A DNA stretch of 64,000 nucleotides from the NCBI RefSeq assembly GCF_020745735.1, contig NC_083446.1:15540068-15604067 (forward strand), written 5' to 3'. The position numbers were made by a program, and so were the translations under genes. Shown here piece after piece: positions 25,230-36,304 of this stretch. The notes below the pieces were generated by a model. The model did no database searches. It saw only the letters and a list, made by a program, of their open reading frames with translations, and was not told where the DNA came from. The first letter of the stretch is position 1; each line of letters opens with the position of its first letter. Source of the stretch: Hemiscyllium ocellatum (taxonomy: Eukaryota).

Positions 25230-25736
25230 GCCGCAAAGGTAGGCTGCAGGAGGGGGGGCAGCAGGAGAGGGGGGAGAGTGGTCTCAATTACAAAAGAAGA
25301 GGAAGGGTCTGAATTACAGGAGTGGTGGAGGATCTCAATCTTGGGGAGAGGGGGCGGTAACGTGGGGATGTGGGAGTCTACAGGTAACCGTGTAATAGAT
25401 GAGAGTTTCAGAAGCAGGTGAATTGAGACTGCGAGGGAATCGGATGATGTTATGAGGTGGAAATAAGTGATTTTAATGATCATATGGACATATGACTGGT
25501 ATCTCAGTTTGGAGAATGAAATATGACACTAAGGTTGTTTCAATGTCAGACAGTTTCCAGTGACAGATGAAGTTTGCAATTGGGGAGTAGACTTCGTAAT
25601 GGGGCCTGTAAGGAATGACTATCATCCTCCTCCTATTTCAGTGACAGAGTTCAGTTTTACTCCAGTACTGGATGTCAAACAGGTCAGGACAGTGCGAGTT
25701 GGATGGTAACTTGGTGCTGGTTGTTTTCACACAGAG

Positions 25737-25857
25737 GTAAAAACAATGACTGCAGATGCTGGAAACCAGATTCTGGATTAGTGGTGCTGGAAGAGCACAG
25801 CAGTTCAGGCAGCATCCAAGGAGCAGCGAAATCGACGTTTCGGGCAAAAGCCCTTCA
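25737..25857 (-). mobile_element. Short Penelope-derived insert with hammerhead remnant and 11-bp TSD
   Basis: Minus strand atga-a-gggc-tttt-gccc-gaaa-cgtc; ttcacacagag at 25726-25736 and 25858-25868. Confidence 0.8.
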
Positions 25858-25867
25858 TTCACACAGA

Positions 25868-26131
25868 GCCTCACAGCGCCAGAGACCCGGGTTCAATTCC
25901 CATCTCAGGCAACTGTCTGTGTAGAATTTGCACATTCCCCCTGTGTCTGCGTGGGTTTCCTCCCACAGTCCAAAGATGTGCAGGTTAGGTGAATTGGCTA
26001 TGCTGAATTGCCCCTCGTGTTAGGTGAAGGGGTAAATGTAGGGGAATGGGTCTGGGTGGGTTGCTCTTCAGAGGATCGGTGTGGACTTGTTGGGCCGAAG
26101 GGCCTGTTTTCACACTAAGTAATCTAATCTA
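25868..26131 (+). mobile_element. HE1-type SINE, 5' truncated
   Basis: gcctcacagcgccagagacccgggttcaattcc...aagtaatctaatct. Confidence 0.88.
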
Positions 26132-26151
26132 AAAAAAAATCTGTTATCGCG

Positions 26152-26388
26152 GTCATAGAGATATACAGCATGGAACAGACCCTTTGGTCCATCTGATCCA
26201 TGCTGACCAGATAGCCTAAATTAACCTAGTCCTATATACCAACATTTGGCCCATATCCCTCTAAACCCTTCTTAGTCATATACCCATGCAGATACCTTTT
26301 AAATGTTGTAATTGTACCGGCCTCCACAATTTCCTCAGACAGCTCATTAGCACGCTTTGCGTGAAAAAGTTTCCCCCAAGGTCCCCTT
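26152..26388 (-). mobile_element. CR1/HER1 LINE 3' end
   Basis: gtcatagagatatacagcatggaacagaccctttggtcc; same tail as the 14199 copy. Confidence 0.82.
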
Positions 26389-27044
26389 TGCGCTGATGGT
26401 GATTGAGAATTTGAAAGATCCTCTTGAAGTTCTGGTCACGTTTGAGATAAACAAAGCTTGCTTCGTTGCCCCCAGCATCCCTACTTCCTTACCTATCTGT
26501 CTCTTTCTCTCTTCATGCCACTGTGTCATTCTCTTTTCTCTCTGTCTGCTCCATAGAGGCCATACAAGGTTTGCATAAAGATTTGTAGCTCAGGTGCCAT
26601 AGTTGTGGGTATGTTCACCAAGCTGGGAAATTGATTTGTGGGCATGTCGGCCCCTGTCTAGTTGACATCTTAAGTGCTTTGGAGCCTCCTGTGAGACCTC
26701 CAACAGGCCAGATAGTCCAGTGTAGGGCCAGACCATGGAGCAGGTTCCCTTCCCTGATTGACATTCGCTTTAGCCACCGTAGAGTTTCTGTGGTAATCTA
26801 GCAGCTTTCATGGTCATTTTTCTTGAATGCCATTTCCACAAATCACCAGATTCTGTCAACATAATTTCACAACATGCCTTTAAGGTTTTGTGGTTTCTCT
26901 CTCGTTCACTTTTCTATTTTCGGTCAGTTTTACAGGGTGTGATAAGAGGAGGATTTGCAGGCAGGAAACAGAAATGAAACATCACATAATGACCTGATGG
27001 AGTCACCCAATTTATTACAACCAGAATACCAACAGATTTTAACC

Positions 27045-28592
27045 ATGGAAGAGGAAAGCACGATTCATAGTGGGGAGAACAGGTACACATGTTCTGTGTG
27101 CAGAAAAGGCTTCAACCAATCAACTGACCTCAAGAACCACAAATGCAGTCACTCTGGGGATAAACCTTGGAAATGTGGGGACTGTGAGAAAGAATTTAAA
27201 CACCACTCTGCGCTGAAAATTCACCAACGTGTTCACACTGGTGAAAGGCCATTCACCTGCGCCCTGTGTGGGAAGGGATTCACTCAGTTCTCCACACTGA
27301 TTACACACCAGCGGGTTCACACTGAGGATAGACCTTTCAAGTGTCCATATTGTGGGAAGTGCTTTAAAAGCTCTGGTGATCTGATGTCCCATCAACGTGT
27401 TCACACTGAGGAGAGACGGTTCAGATGCTCTGACTGTGGTGCTGGCTTCAAGTGGTCATCCCAGCTCACTGTTCACCAGCGCATTCACACTGGGGAGAGA
27501 CCATTTACCTGCTCTGAATGTGGAATTGGATTTACTCAATCATCTCACCTCAAGGCACACCAACAGGTTCACACTGAGGACAGACCTTTTAAATGTTCAA
27601 ACTGCAGGAAGTGCTATAAAAGTTCCAGCCGTCTGCAGTCACATCAACGTGTTCACACTGAGGAGAGACCCTTTAAATGTTCAGACTGCGGTAAGTGCTT
27701 TAAAAGTTCCGGGGAACTGATGCTTCATCAACGTATTCACACTGAGGAGAGACCGTTCCGGTGCTCTCACTGTGGGACTGGGTTTAGGAGATCGTCACAA
27801 CTCACTATACATCAGCGGCTTCACACTGGGGAGAGGCCATTTATCTGCTCGGAATGTGGGCAGGGATTCATTCAGTTCTCCACCCTGTTGACACACCAGC
27901 GAGTTCACACTGGAGAGTGGCCATTCACCTGCACTGAGTGTGGGAAAGGGTTCATTGAGTCATCCCACCTCAAGGCACACCAACGAGTTCACACTGAGGA
28001 GAGACCTTTCAAATGTTCAGATTGTGGGAAGTGTTACAAAAGCTCTGGAGAGCTTAAGTTACACCAACGTGTTCACACTGATGAGAGACCGTTCAGCTGC
28101 TCTCACTGTGGGACTAGGTTCAGATGGTCATCTCAACTCAGTGTACATCAGCGCACTCACACTGGAGAGAGACCATTCACCTGCTCTGAGTGTGGGAAGG
28201 GATTCACTCAGAAAATCCACCTGTTGACACACCAGCGGGTTCACACTGGGGAGGCACCTTTTAAATGTACAGACTGTGGGAAGGGCTTTAAAAGTTCTGG
28301 GGATCTGATGCGTCATCAACGAGTGCATTCTGATGACAGGCCTTTTAAATGCCCAGAGTGTGGGAAGTGCTTTAAAAGCTCTGGGGAACTAATGTCCCAT
28401 CAACATATTCATACCGATGAGAGACCGTTCAGGTGTACTCACTGTGGCACTGGGTTCAGGCGATCAACTCAACTCACTGTACATCAGCGAGTTCACACTG
28501 GAGAGAGACCTTTCATCTGCACTGAATGTGGGAAAGGCTTCACTCAGAAATCCCACCTCATGGCACACCTGCAGCGACGTATCCACAAGTAA
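27045..28592 (+). CDS. Tandem C2H2 zinc-finger protein, 18 fingers, last one HX5H (gene C); alternative in-frame ATG at 26997
   Basis: Track start 26955 is TTG. ATG at 27045 is in ACCATGG context. Acceptor ttttacag ends at 26935 and is followed by in-frame TGA TAA. 18 uninterrupted fingers. Confidence 0.9.
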   Translation: MEEESTIHSGENRYTCSVCRKGFNQSTDLKNHKCSHSGDKPWKCGDCEKEFKHHSALKIHQRVHTGERPFTCALCGKGFTQFSTLITHQRVHTEDRPFKCPYCGKCFKSSGDLMSHQRVHTEERRFRCSDCGAGFKWSSQLTVHQRIHTGERPFTCSECGIGFTQSSHLKAHQQVHTEDRPFKCSNCRKCYKSSSRLQSHQRVHTEERPFKCSDCGKCFKSSGELMLHQRIHTEERPFRCSHCGTGFRRSSQLTIHQRLHTGERPFICSECGQGFIQFSTLLTHQRVHTGEWPFTCTECGKGFIESSHLKAHQRVHTEERPFKCSDCGKCYKSSGELKLHQRVHTDERPFSCSHCGTRFRWSSQLSVHQRTHTGERPFTCSECGKGFTQKIHLLTHQRVHTGEAPFKCTDCGKGFKSSGDLMRHQRVHSDDRPFKCPECGKCFKSSGELMSHQHIHTDERPFRCTHCGTGFRRSTQLTVHQRVHTGERPFICTECGKGFTQKSHLMAHLQRRIHK

Positions 28593-28671
28593 CTTCAGGA
28601 GGTGTGTTTGTCTGTTACTCACACCAAGGTCACAAGGATGTTCACTGGTGACTTTTACAATCCTAGCATTT

Positions 28672-28763
28672 AGATCAGAGTGGTGCTGGAAAAGCGCAGC
28701 AGGTCAGGCAGCATCCGAGGAGCAGGAAAATCTACGTTTTGGGCAAAAGCCCTTCATCAGGAA
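28672..28763 (-). mobile_element. Short Penelope-derived insert with hammerhead motif in the 3' flank of gene C
   Basis: Minus strand ttc-ctgatga-a-gggc-tttt-gccc-aaaa-cgta; G12 is changed to A. Confidence 0.75.
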
Positions 28764-29388
28764 AGTCCTCACTTTTGCCTATTAGCTTTATATGATAATG
28801 GTAAGGGTAAAAGTAAATATATGGACTTTCTGTTACACACAGTCAGCTGTTTATATTTAATATTGTACTTACTATAACACTACCTTTTGAATATAAATCA
28901 GAAAAATAGGTGTGCATGTAATATGAGTAATACAGTAGTAATGGGCGATTTCGATTTCCGTATAGATTGATGCTGATTAGCTTTACCCAATGTAGTGGAG
29001 GATGAATTTCTGTGGTGTGGATAAGATTCATTTATGAAGCAGAATTTTTAATGACCAAATATGAATCAGGCTGTTTTGTATTTTGTATTATGTAAACAGA
29101 ATGTGTGATTAACAGTATTGCTGTTCAGATGCGTTTGGGAAATAGCCACCATAACATCGTCAAATTTTTCATCAAGTTTGAAAGAAGTATAGCTAAATTG
29201 CTGTTTATGGTAAGATCTTTGAAAATTGTTATATATGTACAGAGCTTTTTTTCTTTTAGTAATAAACTTGTCTTGTTGAAAGAACATTGGTAGCTTCATC
29301 TGAAAGTTTCTGACTACCATCCTAACTAAACTGCAAAACTTAAAACTTACAATCTTACCTCAGAGATCCAATTTATGCAGTATTACCA

Positions 29389-31059
29389 TCAACTGGGACC
29401 GTAACTTTTGGGAATTAAATTTTACGATATTCTTTCAGGATAGATGTAGATAGGACATCTCCCATGGCTGTTGAGTCGAGAACCAAGGGATCTCCACTCA
29501 GAATAAAGGATAGGCCACTGAAGACCAGAGTGATAAGGGATTTTTCATTCAGAACCTTTGAGATTCTTCAACGATTGAGAATGTTCAAAACAGGAAACAA
29601 TAGTTCCTCAGGTGGATGACAGAATGGGAATAATGCAGAAAAGAAATGACCAGCCAAGATCCAACTGAATGGCAGAGCACATTCAGGGGTAGAATGGTCC
29701 CTGCTGTTCCAAGTTCTAGGGCTTTCACCATCTCAAAAGAAGGGCTTATGCTCGAAACGTCGAATTCCCTATTCCTAAGATGCTGCCTGGCCTGCTGTGC
29801 TTTGACCAGCAACACATTTTCAGCTTTCACCATCTCCTCCATCTTCAAGTCCAACAAGTGAGGAACTAATGAACTGTCATTAGGAGTGAGAGCATCTGAT
29901 GAGTTATCGCTGCATGTCTTTCCCTTCCCTGAGCTCACCCTGCCAAACTGCCTCGAAAATTCTTCTTTGAACTCTCAAACCGTGTCTTTCTCTAACTTCT
30001 CTATCTCCATCACGACTTGTCCATTTGACCCACTTTTGAATCCCTCGATCCTATTCCTACTAAACAACTGACCATCCAACTCTCCCATGGTCACTGAAAT
30101 TGTGAATAGTTCTCTCCCTGTTCTGGTTTTGTTTCTCTCTCACCTTTCAATCCATGATCATTGTCCATTCTGAGAAAATAAATAACTCTTGACCTCACCA
30201 CCATTGCAATCTACCACCTCCTCTCTAATGTCCATTTCCTCTCCAAAAGTCTTGAACATGGTGTGCTACTAGGATCTGTCCCAGCAGTCTCCTATTTCTC
30301 ATCTACTGGGAAACATTGCCCAGAAGCACTATGTTGTTTTACGCAGGCACACTGACAACACTCTGCTGCACCTCACCACCATCTTTTTCTATTCCTCTAA
30401 TTGCAGATTGCTCTTCTCACAGCCAATACCAGATCTGCAGGACTTTCCTCCAAGTAAAAATCAGGAAGAGACAATCCATCGTCCAAAATCAGTGATACAA
30501 GTTCTGTTTCCTAACGATCAAATCCATCCCTTTCACTGGAAACTATCTGAGGCTGAACTACACTGTTCACTTTCTCCCTCACACGTTTAATCTGAAAATG
30601 AGTGTCTGATCACAGACCATGGAGAGACTGGAGAAGCTGAGATTATTTGTCTTTGAACACAAAAGGTTAAAAAGGGAATTCATCGAAGAGTGGCAAGTTT
30701 TTAAGCTGGTTTCATCTGCATGGGGAGAAACTGTTCCAACTTCAGGATTGTTGGTAACCATAAAACTCAACTTTGAAGTACGTAGCAAAAAATCGAAAGG
30801 GGCAAATGTGGAGAGATTCAGTTCTGATGATCTGAAGGACATTATCAGATTGTCTAATGGAAGCAGATTGAACAGTAACTTTCAAAAGTGATTTGGAATT
30901 TTCCTTCGTAAGGCAGAAGGAGCAAGTTGGGGGGTGGGGGGGCAATTATCAGCATGTTTCACAGACAGTTCCAGCACAATGAGTCGAATGGCCACCTTCT
31001 GTTCTCTCAAGATTCTATTGTATGGCTTTGTGCTGGATCAGGATTTAATTATTTGCACA
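29389..31059. repeat. 1.6-kb direct repeat, copy 2
   Basis: Co-linear with 22371-23957; carries an extra 88-bp insertion plus its TSD. Confidence 0.92.
29735..29822 (+). mobile_element. 88-bp Penelope-derived insert with 14-bp TSD; empty site in the paralogous repeat
   Basis: gctttcaccatctc at 29721-29734 and 29823-29836, single copy at about 22703; insert reads aaga-a-gggc-ttat-gctc-gaaa-cgtc-gaat... Confidence 0.88.
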
Positions 31060-31557
31060 ATTCCTGTTTTATTAATAATCAGACAGCTATTCCTTCAGTA
31101 ATTGAGAAATAATTACACCAGTAATCAGAATGTTTGTATTTAAAATAACCACATTAATACAATTAATAAACAGAGTGCTGTTACAACACGAAACAGGATT
31201 CTATTACATAAGGGTCATTCACCAATTGTATCAATAATCCTGATTGTATCAAGTGAATAATTTGGATGTTATTACATTCATAATCTGTCACTACCACCCC
31301 CCCCCCTCCTCTCTCCACACACACAAGCCTACCCCATGCCACTGATGAGCAATTTCCAGGTCTCCCAAAAGTTAACTGTTGATTACACAGATCCTGAGGG
31401 ATTCAAGCATGTCACACTGGGAAAAGATTTAGGAAGCTGTAATTTACTGCAGCCTTTTACTTGATTACATGGATCTGTCCACATCTCATGATTCACTGCC
31501 ACATCTCCCTGTTTTATCTCCCTTGGTTATAGTTACCAGACATTGTTTTGAGTTATT

Positions 31558-32038
31558 ATAGAACATAGAAAAATACAGCGCAGTACAGGCCCTTCGGCCC
31601 TCGATGTTGCGCCAACCAAAGCCTACCTAACCTACACTAGCCCAATAACCTCCATATGCTTATCCAATGCCCGCTTAAATGACCATAAAGAGGGAGAGTC
31701 CACCACTGCTACTGGCAGGGCATTCCATGAACTCACAACCCGCTGAGTAAAGAATCTACCCCTAACATCTGTCCTATACCTACCACCCCTTAATTTAAAG
31801 CTGTGTCCCCTAGTAACAGCTGACTCCATTAGCGGAAAAAGGTTCTCACTGTCAACCCTATCTAAACCCCTAATCATCTCGTACACCTCTATCAAATCTC
31901 CCCTAAACCTCCTTTTCTCCAATGAGAACAGCCCCAAGTGCCTCAGCCTTTCCTCATACGATCTTCCTACCATGCCAGGCAACATCCTGGTAAACCTCCT
32001 CTGCACTCGTTCCAATGCCTCCACGTCCTTCCTATAGT
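31558..32038 (-). mobile_element. CR1 LINE 3' fragment, (aacatag)n-tail subfamily
   Basis: ORF 31632-32024 ALERVQRRFTRMLPG...RGRFFTQRVV; closely similar to 50343-50883. Confidence 0.9.
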
Positions 32039-32039
32039 T

Positions 32040-32790
32040 CTTGATTTTGGTGTTGGCTTCTGTTTCACTTCATTCTTTATTGTGAAACTGTTGGTGTGGT
32101 GCTCTGAGACGATAGAGAACGCAGCATGTGGTTATTAAAGGAATGGATCAGAATGAAGAGCTTTGGTGGACAGCAAATTTTACCCAAAATCATTTCAAAA
32201 CCTGTCCCACCGATCATGACAAATGGGTTAATCAGTTCTACAAAAGCAAGGTGAGGACTTAAGTCCTGTTCCCTACACTTTCCTTGTACCTGGGGCAAGG
32301 AGAACAGCATATCCTATGTCAATCTACCAGCACAGAAACCAAACTCTGTTTTTGGATACAGTCGGTCTGCAAGGAGATGAAGTCTTTTAAACATCACTCT
32401 CCAGAAGGCCTTCCTGAGGTGCCAAGTGAAACGTCCCTGTAGTTGTTGCAGTCTTCTCTGTAATCTCAGTATCTGTAAATTGTCATGATGTTTGTATTGT
32501 GCCTTTCCTGTGGAAATTACCTGATTTCCCATCAGAAATAAGGCCATGATGGTGCAGATAGGACTTTATATTTGAACCGTTCAGCTAGAATTCCATTCTT
32601 GCTGGGGTCCTTTCAGTTTAGTAAATGATCAATGGTCTTTTCAATCTTAAGTGATGAGCATTCCTTGTCCAACTAAACATGACGAGAAGGTGTGGGAGAG
32701 TATCAGACAGAGATGTCAGAGAGAGGGAGGATCAGCATGGACCTGCTTCTTTGGGTCTGTCTCATGGGGAGTACAGCTCAGTCATAGTCA
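32040..32790 (-). mobile_element. RTE-clade LINE RT remnant
   Basis: LADRLYPKTEFGFCAGR, QGKCREQ..LAFV and KICCPPKL..LIHSF match RTE RT motifs (YPESQCGFR, QEKCREQ, GCPPK). Confidence 0.75.
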
Positions 32791-32792
32791 AC

Positions 32793-33972
32793 TGTTATGA
32801 ACCAAGCCAGATCTCCTCAAAACATTTCAAGAAAGTAGCCCGGACCCTAAATTTCTTAGTTGTCTTAAGCAGATGTACATTGGATATTTCAGGAGTGATG
32901 CAGCCGGCCCAACCACTTAGTTTTAAACAAAATGGAATTGCTTTACAAGATTACTGAATGAAACACAAACAGCAGAGAACAGAATACTGAATAACCTAAA
33001 CTATCCGATACACCAACAGATTATCCCAACTTAATGATGCCGTTCCAACTACTTGCAACAATCCTCATAAACACCGCTTGACACAAAAGATAAAATCAGT
33101 CACAGGGTCTGACAGAAGAGATGTTAGAGAGAGGGAGGATGAACATGGACCTGCTTCTTTGGGTCCAGCAGTTACAAAATCCCACTGCTAAAACCCAAAC
33201 CAAATCAGAGAAAAGCTCAGGTGGGAAAACTGGCTACTCCCCTTTCATTGCACAAGTGTTTTTTAAAAAGACTTGAAAGCCTTTTATCTGAGGCAGTATC
33301 TGTTAGCCACAATCAAACTGGCCCTAAGAACATCGAACATTATAGCGCAGTACGGGTCCTTTGGCCTTGATGTTGGGCTACCTATGAAGCCCATCTAATC
33401 TACACTATTCCATTATCATTCATATATTATCTAATGCCCATTTAATGTCCTTAAAGTTGGTGAATCTACTGAAGTTGCAGGCAGGGCATTCCATGTCCTT
33501 ACTACTCTCTGACTAAAGACCTTTCCTTCTCTGAGTAAAGAACCTACCTCTGACATCTGTCCGATATCTATCACCCCTCAATTTAAAGCTGTGTCCTCTC
33601 ATTCTAGCCATCACCATTCGAGGAAAAAGGCTCTCACTGCCCACCCTATCTAACCCTCTGATAATCTATTATGTCTCTTTAAGTCACCTCTTAACTTTCT
33701 CTCTAATGAAAGCAGCCTCAAATCCCTCTCCCTTTCATCATAAGACCTTCCTTTCATACCAGGCAACATCCTAGTAAATCTCCTCTGCACACTTTCCAGT
33801 GCTTCCACATCCTTCCTATAATGCGGTGACCAGAATTGTACGCAATACTCCAAATGCGGCCACACCAGAGTTTTATACAGCTGCAGCATAACTCCCAAAG
33901 TCTCGGTTTACAAACCCTCTGAAAAATAAATCAAGAACAACACAACCTTGTTATAGGAGCAGCAGCATCACA
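32793..33972 (-). mobile_element. Solo LTR related to the 53359-53990 Gypsy LTR, interrupted by a CR1 fragment (33329-33893)
   Basis: Minus-strand termini tgtgatg...cataaca; 32793-32860 aligns with the reverse complement of 53925-53990 (tgttatg.acca.gccaga...atttcaagaa.gtagcc..gaccctaa). Confidence 0.72.
33329..33893 (-). mobile_element. CR1 LINE 3' fragment
   Basis: ORF 33650-33898 LYKTLVWPHLEYCVQFWSPHYRKDV. Confidence 0.88.
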
Positions 33973-34637
33973 ATTCAGCAGCGACTTCTATTTATACCTG
34001 TCCATTAGCACCTCATCTGTCAATGTTGATGGGGCTGGGGTAACAGTATTGGTGATAGGGTTCCAGAACTCCCTCAATCCTATCACACAGAGTGAACAGA
34101 CATTCACTGTCACAGGCAACTTGGATTTATTGGTATAATTTGATTGAGATACCATCCTGCTGAACAGATTTCAAACCAGTCTCTGTTACCAGTTCCAACT
34201 TTACCAAATGTTGATGCTGCTTTATCATAAATGACTAAAGTTAGCTACTTCCAATCTTCTCTAATATCAATGTGGATTGATGAAAATTCTTTTCACAGTT
34301 GTTTCTTTTTACTTGGTAATTTAGTTTCATAATGAAGGTTCCACTGTGAAAAATATGCACATCAGTGAGAATTGTGAGGAAGGATTAGTCAGCACTGATG
34401 ATTAAAGTTCACAATTTGACTATAATCAGGTTCCTATTGGAAGTTCTTGAATGAAACAGAACAATCAAATTGCTTATTTAAAAATTAACATTGAAACTTT
34501 GAAAATCAGAATATTACCTATCCAGAATATTAGCTTCCAGTTGCTCATAGGACATTGTTAATATCAGCAGAAACAAACAAAATATTGTCAGGCTATCAAC
34601 CCTGGATGTGTTGAACAGCACAATCCAGACTCTGCAG

Positions 34638-36073
34638 TCATGTGTGAACTTGCTGGTATCTCAACAGGCTGGATAATAAAGTGAACCTGTTCCCACACAC
34701 AGTGCAAATGAATGGCCTCTGCACAGTGTGAACCCGCTGGTATGGTTTGAGATTGCCCAAAAGTTTGTTTCTTTTCACAAGAAGAGCAACTGAGTGGCAT
34801 CTCCTTTGTGCGAATTCACTGATGTGCTGCCAGTTTGGTTGACCAAATAAATCCCTTCCCACACTCAGAGCAGGTGAACGGCCTCTCCCCAGTCTGAACC
34901 CATTAGTGTACAGTGAGGTGGGAGGACACAGTGAATCCCTTCCCACACTCAGAGCAGGTAAACGGCCTCTCCCCAGTGTTTACATACTGGCATACAGTGA
35001 GGTGGGAGGATAGAGTGAAACCCTTCCCACACTCGGAGCAGGTGAATGGCTTCTCCCCAGTGTGAACATGCTGGTGATTCTGCAAGTAGGAGAGTACAGT
35101 AAATCCATTCTTATATATATAGCAAGTGAATGATCTCTCCCCTGTGTGAACCTGCTGGTGTACACTGAGGTGGTATGACTGCCTGAACCTATTTCCACAG
35201 TCACTGCAGCAGAAGGGCCTCGGCTTATCGTGAATTTGCTGATGCAATGCCAGGACGGGTTGACTGTACAAATCCTTTCCTGCTTCTCCCCAGTGTAACT
35301 GTGTTGTTGGGTTTCTAGCAGCTAATGAGAATCAAATCTCTTGCCACATTCCTCACGTTTCAAAGGCCTCTCTTCAGTATGACTCTGATGGTGGTATTCC
35401 AGCTGGGATGGATAACTAAAGCCCTTTCCATGGTTTCTCTATGGCACTAGTGTCTTTGTGTCAATCCAGTTGGACAATCTCTGAACAAGTTTGTTCTCCT
35501 CAGAGTAAATTAATGATGCCTGTTGTATATGGTATAACTGGGTACAGCTTTTACCACACAGACAGTATACTGGAACACTCACACTCAGGCATTTCCTTGT
35601 CTCAGTGGTTTTAAAGTCACAATAGCATTTGAAAGCTTTTCTGAAAGACAGACCAGGCAAATGTCTCTTCTTCCACACTCAAAGGCTGGTAATATTCAGG
35701 CCCTGATAAGTCAAGTACCTCCCTCAATTCTTGCTGTGATGTTTGGTTTGAGATTTCTGTCTAGTGGTTAGCACTGCTGCCTCACAGCGCCAGAGACCCA
35801 GGTTCAATTCCCATCTTCGGCGACTGTGTGGAGTTTGCACATTCTCCCCATGCCTGCGTGGGTTTCCTCCGGGTGCTCCGGTTTCCTCCCACAGTCCAAA
35901 AATGTGGGTTAGGTGAATTGGCCATGCTAAATTGCCCGTAGTGTTAGATGAAGGGGTAAATGTAGGGGAATGGGTGGGTTGCGCTTCGACAGGTCGGTGT
36001 GGACTTGTTGGGCTGAAGGGCCTGTTTCCACACCGTAAGTAATCTAATCTACAAATCTTCCTGTTCCATCACT
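34638..36073 (-). pseudogene. C2H2 ZNF pseudogene (U8) with retained acceptor and leader, split by an HE1 SINE
   Basis: [16 protein letters not shown] fingers with frameshifts and stops; leader cctgaatattaccagcctttgagtgtggaa; acceptor tttttgcag at 36074-36075. Confidence 0.85.
35762..36051 (+). mobile_element. HE1-type SINE in the U8 leader
   Basis: agtggttagcactgctgcctcacagcgccagagacccagg...gtaagtaatctaatct. Confidence 0.9.
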
Positions 36074-36304
36074 CTGCAAAAAAGGTTTACAGTTGCCTTT
36101 CATGTCAGTATAGAATAGAAATTCAAAACAGAAAATTTTAGCTTCACTGAATTAAGTTACTGAATTCAATAATTTCCTCTTTTGTTTGTCAAAGCTGTAA
36201 ATTCCAGTCTTCATTGAATGTTTTGAAGAGGTGACGAAGGTAATGGACAGGGGGATGTCTGTAGATGTTGTTTACATGCATTTTTAGAAAGTATCTGTTA
36301 AAGT

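Noticed and set aside
24677-25483. ORFs of 106-211 aa with RRDGETGSRRGRGS or PPPPASSLPIPPAA repeats
   Set aside because: They are translations of a GC-rich island and a stop-free 42-bp minisatellite in several frames on both strands; there is no domain evidence.
9110-28592. 84-bp periodic repeats as a CRISPR-like array, and alternative-frame or antisense ORFs over them
   Set aside because: The periodicity is the 28-codon C2H2 finger; shadow ORFs are expected by-products. The context is eukaryotic and there are no cas genes.
22371-31059. The 1.6-kb direct repeats as LTRs of a ZNF-carrying retroelement
   Set aside because: No TG...CA termini, PBS, PPT or TSD are seen, and the repeats are a mosaic of LINE fragments.
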